A stretch of DNA of 64,000 bases from Paraspadella gotoi (taxonomy: Eukaryota > Animalia > Chaetognatha): positions 2,660,168 to 2,724,167 of the forward strand of contig CM119268.1 in NCBI GenBank assembly GCA_051294375.1. The letters are read 5' to 3'. Shown in pieces: positions 25,673-39,559 of this stretch. A program made the position numbers and the translations under genes. Each line of letters starts with the position of its first letter. Within the stretch, counting starts at the first letter, position 1. The notes below the pieces were generated by a model. It saw only the letters and a list, made by a program, of their open reading frames with translations. It made no database searches and was not told the origin of the DNA.

Positions 25673-27859
25673 TTACGACGACGAAATATGCGCCGACCAT
25701 CGGAAGCGAAAATATCTTTGCGCCACAGAAATTCTGCGCCTGATATCGACGCCGCCGCAGCCGCCGCAGCCGCCGCAGCCGCCGCCGCAGCCGCTGACGC
25801 CGGATTCCATTCTTCGCGCTGATCTTGACAAATGCGTTTCTCTCTGCGAGTTCTTGTCGGCGTCGTCGTTGTTGCAGACGTCGTTGTTGTCGTCGTCGTC
25901 ATCGTCGTCTTTCGCGTCGTTTTCGACGTCTTTGTCTTAGGTTTATCGATTATTGATCTCTGCCGTTGACGTCGGAAAACTTGCGTCGTCGTCGTCTTTG
26001 TCGTCATCGTCGTTGTCGTCGTCATCCTCTTTGTCGTCTTATTCGTCGTTATTTTCTTTTTCTTGTCTTCGTCTATGTCATCGTTTTTCTTCTTTTTTTC
26101 TGTTGTCGTTTTTGTTTTTTTTAAATTTTTATTCTTGAATATTGTCGAAGTCATTCTTGATCGAAGATTCTTTTAAATCGTGATCAACGGTATCGTCGTC
26201 GTCGTCGTCGTCATCATCATCATCATTATCGTCGTCGTCTTCATCGATCATCGTCGTCATTGTCGTCGTTCCGCATTTTCTTTNNNNNNNNNNNNNNNNN
26301 NNNNNNNNNNNNNNNNNNNNNNNNNNNNNNNNNNNNNNNNNNNNNNNNNNNNNNNNNNNNNNNNNNNNNNNNNNNNNNNNNNNCAAGCGACGACGACGAT
26401 GACGACGATGAACGGACGATGCCACCTGATATCCGGTGGACTATGCGTGTACCGCTACCAGTGCTACGTTAAACTGATCCGATTGCTGTACATCTTCATC
26501 CTGATTCAAATGACATCTTACTATTATAATAGAAATCGCCAGATGACTTTGAGATTCGTCTCCGTCTCAGTCGTCTCTTCTTAGATTGTCGTATCGTCTG
26601 TCGTGTCGTCGATCGTCCGTCGTCGCTCGGACCAAACAAAAAAAACCACTAATCTACCCTTTGCTTCCTCACCTTGCTTGCGCCTTTCCAAAAAATTCTT
26701 CTTCTCGCTCTCTCTCTCCGCTCTCTCTCTCTCTCTCCTCTCTCCCTTTCTCTCTCTCTCCTCTCTTTCTCTCTTTCTCTCCCTCTCTCTCTCTCTCTCT
26801 CCTTCTCCTCTCTCTCTCGTCTGCTCTAATTTGAAATCATTATTTATCTATATTTCTCAATTTTAATTATATATTTATATTTTTCTCTCTTTTTTAGAAA
26901 ATCTCTCGTCGGACTTTTCATTTCACGGTCCTCCAAACATTTTTCTCTCACTCTCTCTCTCTCTCATCTCTCTCGTCTCTCTCTCTCTCCTCTCTCTCTC
27001 CATTCTTCTCTCTCTGATCTCTCTCTCTCCTCTCCTCCTCCTCTCTCTCGCCGGGGTGTTACCTCCGCCCATTATACACCCCATCAAGCTTCCATAATCG
27101 CGACTATCCAATTGCCTCTTCAAACGCATCGCCCCCTCCCCCATCGCGGAGGACCAATGCGCCACACCCCTCTTCCACCTCCCCCTCCGCTTCCCTCCAA
27201 TAACCTCTTTCCCGTCCCCTTAAGTCTTTCCTTAAATGTCACAGTTCGATTTTTCATTGGACCTTTGTTAATTGGCGTTAGCGTGCGAATCTACTGTCTG
27301 CTCCTCATCTCTTCATCTCTCTCATCTCTCGCTCTCTCCTCCTACTCTGCCTCTCTCCTCTGATCTCTCTCTCTCTCTCTCTCTTGGACCGGAATCGCAT
27401 TCTTCTTCCGTCTTGCAAAAAAAGAAAAAAAAGAAAAGAAAGAAAAAGAGAAAGTTCATTTTTCGCTCGCAGGGTGAATTCCCGAAAATTTCGCCTCGTT
27501 TCTTGTTACTCAGTTAGTGTCTTATTTGCCTTTTCAAATTCATTATTCCGGCCACTCTTGTTCCTCCAGTGCGACTTGGTTCTCATTTCCTTTTTTTTTC
27601 ATGTCTGTTTCGTTATTCGTTTTCCACAATCGATCTACAACGCTATGATTTTCTACTTTTCCGTTTTGATTTCTTTTTTTTCTTTTTTGTTTTTCATCCA
27701 CTTTGTCTCCCTTGTGTTTCACCCAATTATCATTTATTTTCTGTTTTAAATCGCCTAATGACTCTAATCGCAATTCAATACGTTTGACGATTCAAATTAT
27801 CCTTTTCGAGCGTTCTCCGTAGTCGATTCACGCTCCTAACGGCATTCCGATTGCAGTCT

Positions 27860-28400
27860 ATTACCGCACTGCCTAGCTTAAAAGTCCAATTAGACAGCCC
27901 ATTCTTCATGCAGTTTCATTAACGGCACCTGATCAAAATTTATTAACCGGATCTTATGCCAGTTATTACGCGGCACCTGATCAAATTATTAAAGGCATCT
28001 GATGTCAGTCCATAGACGCCGACATTCTCGATTAAATCATTAATGGAATCTATTACTGCAGTTCGAGTTCAATGGCACTGATAAAATTATTCAACAGCAT
28101 CTTCATGCAGTTTTAACGGCACCTAGAGGTGTAACAATTATTAAAGGCAATCTTATGATAAGTTCATTAACGGCACCTGACTAAAATTATCAATGGCCAC
28201 CTGATAAAAATTATGAATGGCATCTATAGCAAGTTATTAATGGCACCTGATAAAATTATTAAAGGCCAATTCTCTGATGCAGTTATTTAATACGCAACCT
28301 GATAAATTTATTAAACTGCATGCTTATGCGTTGAATTAAACGGCACTCTATACAATTCATCTCAGAAGCCTAGTCCTCATTCGCTGATAAAATCATTAAC
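27860..28400. repeat. Minisatellite of about 44 bp built from two related ~22-bp halves (ttattaacggcacctgataaaa / ttattaaaggcatcttatgcag)
   Basis: Recurring ggcacctga..aaattatt and gcatctt.atgcag; noisy. Mirrored at about 33890-34440. Confidence 0.85.
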
Positions 28401-30569
28401 GGCATCTGCTTCCCCCGCGTCGCGTATTTCCATCTGCCGGAAAATTTCTTATAAAAACTCCATTTGTCCTCCCGCTCGTTAATGGCACGAACCCGCGAGC
28501 TTCCTTAAGCCTACTTATTTTTCGCCTTCTTCTTTGATTATCCTTTCTTTTCCTTTTCTTCCTTTCCTTTCTTTTGCTTTTTTTCTTCTCCCAGAACATT
28601 TCTGTCTTTCTGCCTTAAACTTTTCATTTTTATTCCCTATACTCTCCTTCTTTTTTTTCCTCCCTTACGCTACCTTCTTAAGTGTAGCTCATTCATACAT
28701 TTTGTTCCCCCACACCGCGACGAACACTCATACTCGAATTATCCCCAATACCTCCATCATATACTATACCTCATCCCCCCCCCCCTCACAACCCCTTACC
28801 CCTTCCTCTCTCCCTGCCCCGTCCCCAACCCTTCGTCATATCTGAGACGAGAGAACTCCCCGGGCGTCGCGGCTCGGGCTCCGCCTCCTTTTACGCCGAT
28901 TCCCATTTTCGGTCTGTACTACGTGTGATGAAAGGAAGTAGAACTTACCCTTTCTGTGTCAATAGAGATACTGAAGACGGGAAAACGCTTACTTTCCCTT
29001 TCTTAATTGGAAGGAATACGCATGACGAATGTCTACCTCTCCATCTCAATTTTCACCAAAAAAGGAACAAACGCGACGAGAACAGAAGAGACGAGAGAGG
29101 CGCTACTTTTTGCTGGGAGTTCGCGATTCTCTCAGAATTGATGAGTCCCGTGAACTTTTCGAAATTTGGCACTTAGAAGATTTACCCAGACTTGCCCGGC
29201 CCTCGTTTATGGAAATGCTACAATTACTAAAAAAATTATCAGTTAATTTAATTAAATAAACTAATATACTTTGGAAAAACTCCGGCTATGATCTACAGGC
29301 CTCATCTCTTAAAATTTGATTGTACGAAACTGATTCTTATTTAATCATTAAAGTTACGAAAATTACCGGGATTGCAGCTGGATTTTAATGGTCATTTTAA
29401 AAGATATTAATGTCTAACATGTCTAAACACTAATGTCTAAAAATATAATATTATAATTATTTAAACAAAAGAGGAACTATTTTGTGTCTGGACCGAGGTT
29501 CACGAAAGCGAACGCTCTTTTACTCAAAAAAACTTACCTCAACGTCTATTGCAAAAAAAAAAACTACTTCAACGTCCTATTACAATAACCCCCTCGCGGA
29601 CCTCACCTCGTTTTCTGCCTCCTTAAAAAGGTAGCTTCAGTGCGCTGAAGGGTCAACTAATTTTCCCGATCGAGAAGGTGTTGCTGCTTGCTGCCCTGCA
29701 GATCTACTGCTGAAGCTGCTGTGTCTTCCTTTGTCGCTGGCTGCGCCCGTAAACTCGTTCCACACGGAAAAAAATAACCCACTGGAAAGAGACCGTACGA
29801 GCAGGAGAAGAGAGACGCCGAGATACAGAGAGACGAGGTGGATCCGCCCAGAGAGGATCACAGTAGCGGCCGTGAGAGAGATGCATGACTGACGAGAGGA
29901 ACCGACCACGAGAGGACGAGACTGTCAGGACCGAAGAGGAGATCGCAAGAGGATCCGAAGAGCGAGACCGGACCACCAACGACGCACAAAATAGTGCGAC
30001 GGAGGCCGGACCGCGAGGTCAGCAGATGGAGAGAGAGAGAGAAGCATTATCCTGGCAAAGCTCTTCCTTCGAAATTCGTCCAGTTCTTCACTCTGAGACG
30101 CGGCCGAGTAGGAGAAACTGCGATATGCTGGGCGAGCGGTGAAGGCCACAATCTAGGTCAACAGGTGCGTTCACACCTCTTAAGCCGCCCACAGGTGCTC
30201 GGCTCGTTTTCAATGGTGAGATAAACGAGGGAAGAGATGCAGAGCGGAGAGAGACTACGAGATGTGAGAGAGAAGAGAGAGTCGCAAAGCAGAGACATGA
30301 GAGAGAGATGGCAGACAACGAGAAGCATGAAGGAGGACGAGAGACACAACGGATGACGACGACGAGCGGAGAGGAAAAACGACCGAGAAACGAGAAGACG
30401 GGAAGAGAGAGAGACGCATGACTGGGGGAGATGGCCGCACATCCCCCCGAGACGACCAAGCTCGAGAGAAACGATCTGAGATGGAGATCTGAGAGAAGCA
30501 GCCCGAGGGGAAGGGAATGAGAAGAGAGAGAGAGAGAGCGGTGCGCCACCAGGTGTTTCGCTTCGGCCG

Positions 30570-31594
30570 CAAGAAATGCTCGCGGACGACCGCGAATGAC
30601 GACGATGATCGATGAAAGCGAACGACGGATAATGAGTGATGATGATGACGGACGACGACGACGACGATACCGTTGATCGTACGATTTTAAAAGAATCTGT
30701 GGTGTGTCATCGATCTGTGAATGATGGGTCTTCGACAATTACTTCAAGAATAAAATTTTTAAAAACGGAAAGCGAGACAAGCAGAAAAAAAAAGAAGAAA
30801 AACGATGCTAGACGAGACTAAGAAAAAAGAAATTACGACGGAAAGACGACAAAGAGGTGCGCGACAACGATCGTGTGGAGACGACAAAGACAGACGACCG
30901 AGGCGCGAAGTTTCCGACGTAACGCAGGTCAATATCGATAAACCCTAGACCAAAGACGTCGAAAACGCTCGTGTAAAGGACGACGATGACGACGACGACA
31001 ACAATGCTGGACGGTCTTGGCAACAACACGACGCCGACCCAACTCGCGACGAGAAACGATTGTCCAACGAGGATCAGCGCGTACAGTAGATGTGTGTGGA
31101 ATCGGCGTCCGTTGTGCGGCCGGCCATGGTGGAGGCTGGCGGCGGGCGCGCTATTGCGACGTCCAAGTGCGATGTTCAGCGCAGATTTTGGGCGCACAAG
31201 ATATTTCGCGTTCCTGGTGCGCGCAATAGGTCTCTTCGACTCGTAATCGTCGCGTCGTTCGTCGCGGTTGAGTGTTTCGGTCGGGCCCTTGGTCGGAGTG
31301 GGTGGTTCTCATTAGTTTTTTGTTCTCTCATTTTTTGTTTCGTGTGTCCTTGGTTTTGTTTGCGGAGGGTGGCGTGACCCATTTTTTTGTTTTAGTTTTT
31401 TTCTGTTTTCTCCTTCTTCCAAATAAATTTGACACCCAAAACGTTTGTTATTTGGGGTGTGAGGGCAGGCGTCGCAAAGTGGACCACTCTTTACAACCCC
31501 CTCGTCCGCCATTCACCACGATAAACCGACCTCGTCAGCTGAAACTCGTCTTTTTCTCTTGAGAAATAAAAAACCACATGATTGATCTGTCGTT

Positions 31595-31668
<74 letters not shown>

Positions 31669-32150
31669 CGTCTCTCTCTCTCAATTTTCCTGGCAAAGGA
31701 TAGAGTTCATTGTCAATTGTCGATTGCATTGTCAATGCGCTTTTCCCATTTCCAAAATATTATAATAAAAAGATCGTGTTGGCATCCTTGATTGTATTCC
31801 TTGTCTGATATCCTTGATGCATTCCTTATGCATATCTGTCCGTATTGATGATTGCTCTTTTACTTTTTCTTTCTTTTTCACTTATTTAATTCCTTAACGT
31901 CTTTTCTGGACTTCCCCACTTTTATGTCTCTCTCTTTTCTCTCTTCTTCTGTTCTTCTTTCTCTCTTTTCATCTCTCTCCCTTTTCCTTCTTCTTCTCAT
32001 TTCTTTCTCCTCTTTACATCTTCTCTCTCTTCCTTCTTCATATATTCTTTCCTTCCTCTCTTCTCTTTATTTCTTCGATATCAATTTCCTCGGGTTCGAG
32101 GCTGACTCCCCGTGACTTACCACGTCTTTTCATGGAAATTTGGCCGTCTC
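30570..32150 (-). repeat. Inverted copy of 24690-26283
   Basis: cgtgacttaccacgtc (32111) is the reverse complement of gacgtggtaagtcacg (24715); ttataataaaaagatcgtgttggcatccttgattg (31760) of 25042-25076; tttgac..ccaaaacgtt (31428) of aacgttttggatgtcaaa (25453). Confidence 0.9.
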
Positions 32151-32314
32151 TCTCTCTCTCGTCTCTCTCTCTCCTCTCTTCTCTTCTCTCCCCTCTCTCT
32201 CCCTCCTCTCTCCTCTCTCTCTCTCTCTTCTCTCTGTTCTCCTCTCTCTCTCTCTCTCTCTCCTTCTCTCTCTCTCTCTCTCTTCTCTCTTCTCTTCTCT
32301 CTCTCTCTATCTGT

Positions 32315-35300
32315 CCCATCTCTTTCCTCGTTTATCTTCACACCCCAGGCCTTAACGAGCAAGTTGAACGCACGTGCGACCTTCCACCGCCCACTCTCCC
32401 TTCTTCTCCATCTCGCAGACTGTAACACCCATAAGAACTGGACGATTTCGAAGGAGGAAACTTTCCAGCGATAATGCTCTCTCTCTCTCTCGCCTCTCTC
32501 TCTCTCTCCTCTCTCTCTCTCTCCTCTCTCCTCTCTACTCTCTCTCTCTGCTCTCTTACTCGTATTCTCACGGTCATTTTTCCCAGTGGGTTATTTTTCC
32601 GGTCGGATCCGAGTTAAGGGCTGCAAAGCACGACAAAAGGAAGACCACAGCAGTCTTCAGGCAGTAGATTCCTCCAGCCAGACTCAGCAGCAACCTTCTC
32701 GTCGGCGAATTAGGTTGACCCTCGACTGAAGCTACGCTTTTTAAGGACAAGAAAACACGAGGTGAGGTCCCGATGGGCGTTTGCATAATAGACGTTGAGG
32801 TAAAGTTTTATTTTTGCAACTAGGACGATGAGGTAAGGTTTCTGCGTAAGAGCGTTCGCTTCTTCTGACCCTCCGGTCTCCAGACACACATATTAACTTC
32901 CTCTTTGTTTAATAATATATATTTATATAATTTTTTAGACATTATATGTTTGACATGTTAGACATTATATATTTTTAAAATGACCCGATTAACAAACCAC
33001 TCGCAACTCCGGTAATGGTGATTGGAAACTTAAATTTAAATAAGAATCAGTTCGTTACCAGACTCAAATTGTAAGAGATGGAGGCCTTCAAACCATAGCC
33101 CGATTTTCAAAAGATATGTAGTTTATTTATTTAAAACCTGGGAAATTTTTGAGAATGTAGCATTCATAAATCAGGGCCGGCCAATCTGGCGGTTAAATTT
33201 TCTAGTGCCAAATCGGAAGTTCACGGACTCACAATTGACGAGAACTGGCGAACGCTCTCAGCAAAAAGTAAGCTCTCTCTCCTCCACTCATCCGTTCTTT
33301 GATAAAATTCGAGGTAGAATTCTCTGTCTTCCCTTCGCAAATCCTAAAAGGAAAGTAAGGATTTTCCGTCATTCATCTCTCTTTGGACACGAAACGGTGA
33401 AGTTCTCCTCACAACACGTCAGACCGCGAAATGGATCGGCGTAAAGGAGGCGGAAGCCGACGCCCGCGACGCCGGGGATGTCTACCGTCTTGATTTAATG
33501 ACGAATGGGTTGGCGGAGGCGGAAGGGGTTAGGGTTGTGCGGGGGGGGGAAAGATGACAGGTAGTATATGTGGAATTGGGGTTAATGAGTTAGTGTTCGT
33601 GTGGTGGGAAAACAATGTATGAAGTACTTAGAAGGAGGAACAAAAAAGGAAGGAGAGTATAGAAGGAAAAAAAATGAAAAGTTAGGGACGAAACAAGACA
33701 AGGAACTGCTTTGGGAAAATTAAAAAGAAAAGAAAGGAAAGATAAGAAAGAAAAAGAAAAGTGATAATAAAGAAAAAGTTCGCGAACTCAAAAGTTAGCT
33801 GTTAAGGCAAGCTCGCAGTCCTGCCATTCCGAGGAAAAGGGTTCTATAAATATTTCGACGCGGAGATGGAAATCGGCCGACGCGGGAAGCAGATGCCGTT
33901 AAATAATTTTCTACTCCAGGGTGCCGTTGATAATTTCGATCCAGGTGCCGTTAATAAATCTGCATAATGATGCGCACACAGTTAATAATTTTATCAGGTG
34001 CATTAATAACTGCCACCAGATGCCTTTAAATTTTGTCAGGTGCCATTACTAATCTGCATAAGATGCCGATAAATAATTATTTTATCAGCGGTGCCAATGA
34101 TAAGTCTTTATTCAAGGTGCCAGTTATATTACACTACATCAAGCTGCCTTTATAATTTCCATATACAGGTGCCGTAATACTGGCATAAAGATGCTGACTT
34201 AAAAAATTTTATCAGGTGCCCCACTTCTAATAACTGAGCATAAAGCTTGCCATTCAATAACTTTCTATCAGGTGTCATGCCTAATATACTGCATCAGATG
34301 CCTTTAATTATGTGGCATCAGTGCCGTTAAAACTGCATAATGATGCCGTTGAGTATATTTTATCAGGTGGCCGTTAAATACGCATAAGCATCAGCTTGAA
34401 TACCTTTTATCAGGCTGCCGGTAGATAACTGCGCCATCGGATGCCTGGTTCAGGAGACGTCAATGACTCACGAACGCTCGAATAAGGATATTGATATCGT
34501 ATAACGTACATTGAGTTGCGATTGAGTCAATTAGACGATTAAAACTAGAAAAGTATAAATAACATTGTGGATAAACCACCAAATGGGAAACAAGGTGGAC
34601 AAAGAAAAAAACGAAAGAAAAAACAAAATTAAAAAAGTATACGTTCGGTATAACCATTGTAGGAAAACAGAGTGAATTAAAAAAACACAATGAAAACAAA
34701 ACAAGGAGAATGAAACACTCACTTGGAAAAACAAATGGCGGGATACATGACATTTTAAAGGAATATAGAACGAAATAGCAGTCAAAAAGAAAAACGAGCG
34801 AAAAGTTTCGGATTCGACGAGCGAAACATATAACCTTTACTTATTTTCTTTCTTTCTTTTCTTTGTTTTCTTGCAGACGGCAGAAGACAGAATCATTCCG
34901 GGTGCCAAAGAGAGAGATGATCTCGAGGAGTGCTAATTCCACAACGGAAGGACCAGCGGCAGGAGAGAGGACGGAGAGAGGAGAGAGGCGCGACGATGAC
35001 GGAGACAGGCCGGACGACAGGTGAGACAGCGCACAAGCCAGAGATGAGGATACGAGGGAACGCGCCTCGATGGCTAGCCAGAGACATAGATTCGCGCGAC
35101 GCCATTAACAAAGGCAAAGTGAAATAAGCGCACTCTCCTAATACATTCTCCGAACCGTGCTGTCACACTTTAGAGGAAAGGACTTATAGGGACGGATCAC
35201 AGAGGTTAATGGAAGGGAAGCCGCCGGCAGGGTCGGGTGGAAAGGAGGGGGGGGGCGTTGGCCTCCGGAAGTGGGGGTCCTGAGGTGGCGGATCGTTCTT

Positions 35301-36175
35301 TGAAGGCTGCAATTGGCATACGCGATTATGAAAGCTTAAATGGGCAGTGCGTTGATAATGGGGCAGGTAACAGCCCCGCGGCGGAGAGAGTAAGAGGGAA
35401 GCGTCTCAACAGCAGACCATTGACGCCACCCTCTGACCGACCAAGACTGTGCCTGATTGACTGATCGCTGGTCAGATCCCTGCCTAACGAGCGCGCAGAT
35501 CTGACAGATGACGATCGAGAGGACACGCGAGAAGCAGAGAGAAAGTGACGATGAACGAGATCGAATCGAGGACTGAAGCGTCGGAGAGATGAGAGGTCGA
35601 GAGAGAGAAAAAATGTTTGGAGAGAACGCAGAAATGAAACCGTGGCCGACGAGAGATTTTCTTAAAAAAGAGCTAGAAAATATAAAATATAAGTCTTGAA
35701 AAATTGAAAATATAATAGATAATATTAAATTAATAAGATGATGAGCAGAAAGGAGAGAGAGAGAGACGAGACGAGGACTCGATGACGAGAGAGGAAACGA
35801 CGAGAAAGAGAGAGGGCAGAGAATAGGACGAGACCGAGAGATAGGAGATAAGAGCGAGGAGAGAAGAGAGAGCGAGAAAAAGAATTTTTGGAAAAGCCGG
35901 CCCGACAGGCAAGGTGAGGAAGCAAAAGGCTTGAGATTATGGTTCTTTTTGTTTTGGCTCCGGCGACGACGACGACGACGATCGACGACGACGTACAATT
36001 AGAAGACGGACGACTAGACGGAGACCGATCTCAAAGTCTCGTTCTATTTAAACAATTCAATTTGAATCAGCGATGGAACATGTCACAGATAAAGATTTAA
36101 CTACGATCACGATCACACGATATCAGTGTGCATTCGTCCGTCTCATCCGTCGTCATTGCGGCGTCCGTCGCTGAT
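32315..36175 (-). repeat. Inverted copy of 26384-30240
   Basis: Collinear reverse-complement anchors: ccagtgggttattttt (32583) vs aaaaataacccactgg (29770); mirrored minisatellite; caaggtgaggaagcaa (35910) vs ttgcttcctcaccttg (26661). Both arms are indel-noisy. Confidence 0.9.
33890..34440. repeat. Mirror copy of the ~44-bp minisatellite at 27860-28400
   Basis: Recurring ttttatcaggtgcc and ctgcataagatgcc. Confidence 0.85.
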
Positions 36176-36675
36176 CTCGACTCTCAACAAACGAGCATCG
36201 CAAGCGGAAACGACGAAGGCGATCGAGGGGAGTTGGGGGTTGCGCATGAATGGAGATGACATGGAGATGACATGGAGATGACAAGGACAACATTGCGAAT
36301 GACATGGCGGGAAGATGAAAAGCGGACAATTGGACAAGATGCGTCCGGACATGATTGGGAAGGAACTTGAAAAGGAGGTGAGAAGACAAATGATGGGAGA
36401 AAATTTAAATTGTAAGAATAAAATAATACATGTATTTGTAAAATTGAAATTATGAATATGTGCATAGGAATTCGAATTTAATCTCCGATTTTAGAAGAAA
36501 AAAGAAAAGGAAAATAAATCAATAAAAACAAACCACAACAACAACAACAACAGAAAAAAAATATGATAAATTTCGTCAAAAGCTTCGATCTCATAGAAAA
36601 TCGATTAGAAACGAGGAAAAAATCGAGAAGAAAAAATACGAACAGAATTGAACTAAAATTCCTTTATTCGTTTCA

Positions 36676-36781
36676 CCATCTGCGCCATCTGTACCACCTC
36701 CGCCATCTGTACCATCTACCCCATTTGTACCATCTACGCCGTTTGTACCATCTACGCCATTTGTACAATCTACGCCATCTA
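36676..36781. repeat. 18-bp tandem repeat (ccatctgta-ccatctacg), about 6 copies
   Basis: Directly visible; gives the HLYHLR run in ORF 36563..36913. Confidence 0.9.
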
Positions 36782-38723
36782 CTCTGCCCCGAAGGTCGAT
36801 CGTTTTATCGCCACAACAAAAACCTCGCTTGTTACTTTCATTCTTTTCCTCCGTCGACCGGTTGCCGAATAGACGAAAGACCGGATAAAAAAAAATGGTT
36901 CCACGTTTCTTAGTAGTCTCTCTTCTCCTCTCTCGCTCGTCTCTCTCTCTTCTCTCTCTCCTCTCTCTCTCTCTTTCTCTCTCATCTCCTCTCTCTCTCT
37001 CCTCTCCTCTCTCTCTGCCCTCCGTCTCTCGTCTCCTCTCTCTGCCTTCTCGTCCCTCTTCTCTCTCTCTGCTTCTTGTTTTGCGTCTTCATAATTGCCC
37101 AGAGACCCATCTTCAAGGACCCTTTGAACTCTCTCATCTCTCGTCCGCCCCCCCCAAAAAAAAATCGCGCTTCCAGTCTGTTGCACCGTAGTATAGTTCT
37201 CGTTTTATGTGGAGGCCATATATTATGTGCTTTCGTCGTCTCTTCGTGTCTGTCGTCTCGTTCCTTGGTCGACTTCACCATCGTCCGTCAATCACTTATT
37301 ATTTATCGTCGTTCGTGTCCGTCGTCGTTTTCTGTCGTCGTCGTCTTGCTACTGTCGTTGTCAATTGCGCATAAATCGAACGCCGTTCTTTCGAAAATGC
37401 TTGTAAGAAGCTAGCCGGCTCCATTGCCGTGGTATTTTGAGTGTCCAAAGAGTGCGACAAGTGATGGACGTATTAACCGAGATAGCGAGAGCGAATAATG
37501 AGAGAGGAGAGAAGCAGAGAGAGAGAGAGAGAGAGAGATGAGAGAGACAGAGAGGAGACGAGATGGGAGAGAGAGAGAGGAGGAAGGAGAAGAGAGGGAG
37601 AGGAGAGAGGAGATGAAGGAAGAGAGAGCGAGGAGATGGGAGAGGAGGAGAGCAGAGAAGATAGCGGGCATGCAATAAATGGCAGGGAAGAATATAGAGG
37701 CATAGAAGAAAGAATCAACTTTAAAGACAAGACAGAGAAGGAAAACAGAAACAAAGAAATCAAAGCAAAGAAGAAAAAAAAGAAAGAAAGAAACAAAAGA
37801 CAGAAAGATAAATCTACCTCCAAAGAATAAAGAAAATAGAAGAAAAAAAGAAATAAATTATATTTTTTCGTTTCCTCTCGAAGACGTCATGCAATATGAC
37901 GGACGCAGAAAGGCGACTCGTTTATCAAAATGCATCGTCTTCATCGTCGTCGTCGTCGTCGTCGTCGTCGTTCGTCGTCGTTGGCGGCCTGGAATAAGTT
38001 GCACATTTCCTAATTAAGCCTCACCTCGCTCCTCCTCATCCTCCTTCTCCTCCTCCTCCTCCTCTTCACCCTCCTCCTCCCCTAATGATCTTTCTCTCAC
38101 GAGTTTTTCAGTCTCTCTCCCTCTTTTTCTCTCTCTTCCTTCCTTTTTTCCTTTTCCTTTTTTTCCCTTTTTTTCCTTTCACCTTCTTTTTCCCCCCAAC
38201 TCGATGCACTTACCTTGAATAAATTACTTTTCAAACACAACCTCATTTTTAGTATCTCTTAGCCTTACGTACTTATCGCTCGATGTTTTGTAATGTTTCA
38301 ACCGAGAGATTTCATTGTCTTCACTTTCCGAATTTTCCTTTCCTCACTTTCCACTCATCATTCCCACCTTCAAACTTACCTTCCTTCCCGCCATAACCTT
38401 CATTAATCCCAACCTCCCTTAACTTTTTTTCATTAATTGTCCAACGCTGGCGCCATAATTCTGACAGGAGCACTTACCCCTTAACTTACTCGCTCCACTC
38501 AACCGGTTCCTACGACTTCTTTAAGTTTCCCTTTTTAGAAGCGACTCTTCTTTGGTTCACGGTGAAAGAGGTTCACTTAAAAATGAGATTCACCTTTCAC
38601 TTTTATTTATCACAAGCGGCGTTCCTTTCACATCTTCATCACAAAAACTTGAAATAGTTCGTTTTATAGTTTGTATTAGTTAAAGTTCAAGGTTTTAAAT
38701 AAATTATAAAGCTTCCAGATATG

Positions 38724-38830
38724 GCCACATCTACCCAGATTCGCACCCATCTTTCCACATATGCCCACATCTACCCAGATTCGACCACATCTACCCTCAT
38801 TCGCCCACATCTACCCACATCCCCCCACGT
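38724..38830. repeat. Short tandem repeat with core ccacatctaccc(agattcg)
   Basis: ccacatctaccc recurs near 38725, 38765, 38785 and 38805. Confidence 0.8.
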
Positions 38831-39513
38831 TTTCTTCCATTAGACCACCTTCGCCAACTTACTCGCATTAAATCTCTTTCCCTTAAGAGGTTCCATACGA
38901 CCTCTCCCCCTTTTGCCAATTCAATCCGACCCCCTTCCAAACCCCTATCTTTTCTCGCTCCTACCCCAACCCATTTTCTCCCTCCACACCCCAAACTCGG
39001 CTGCCATCGTCTCGTCGACTGAGAACAGAAGAGAAAAGTTGAATAAATTCTCCGGAGACGAAAAAATGTCTCTTTGGATGACGAGTGTGGAAAAAAAAAN
39101 NNNNNNNNNNNNNNNNNNNNNNNNNNNNNNNNNNNNNNNNNNNNNNNNNNNNNNNNNNNNNNNNNNNNNNNNNNNNNNNNNNNNNNNNNNNNNNNNNNNN
39201 NNNNNNNNNNNNNNNNNNNNNNNNNNNNNNNNNNNNNNNNNNNNNNNNNNNNNNNNNNNNNNNNNNNNNNNNNNNNNNNNNNNNNNNNNNNNNNNNNNNN
39301 NNNNNNNNNNNNNNGTTGATGAACGAGCGATTCACTTTATCGGCGACAAACACAGAATTTTTTTTTCTTTTTTTTTAGATAAAAAGTAAATAAAAACATT
39401 TTTCTGTTTGCGAAAAGATGAGAAAAAAAAAGAGAAGCCATTGATCGAAAGCGATTTGTCTGTGAATCGTGACACGAAAGTCATTTTTTGAGGGAAATAA
39501 TGATAATGAGGGA

Positions 39514-39547
<34 letters not shown>

Positions 39548-39559
39548 TGATAGTAGGAG

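Noticed and set aside
25601-25940. Poly-D / PPQ-repeat ORF
   Set aside because: Driven by (GAC)n and (GCCGCCGCA)n repeats; no recognisable domain or exon boundaries.
36563-36913. HLYHLR repeat protein
   Set aside because: Translation of an 18-bp tandem repeat with no splice or homology support.
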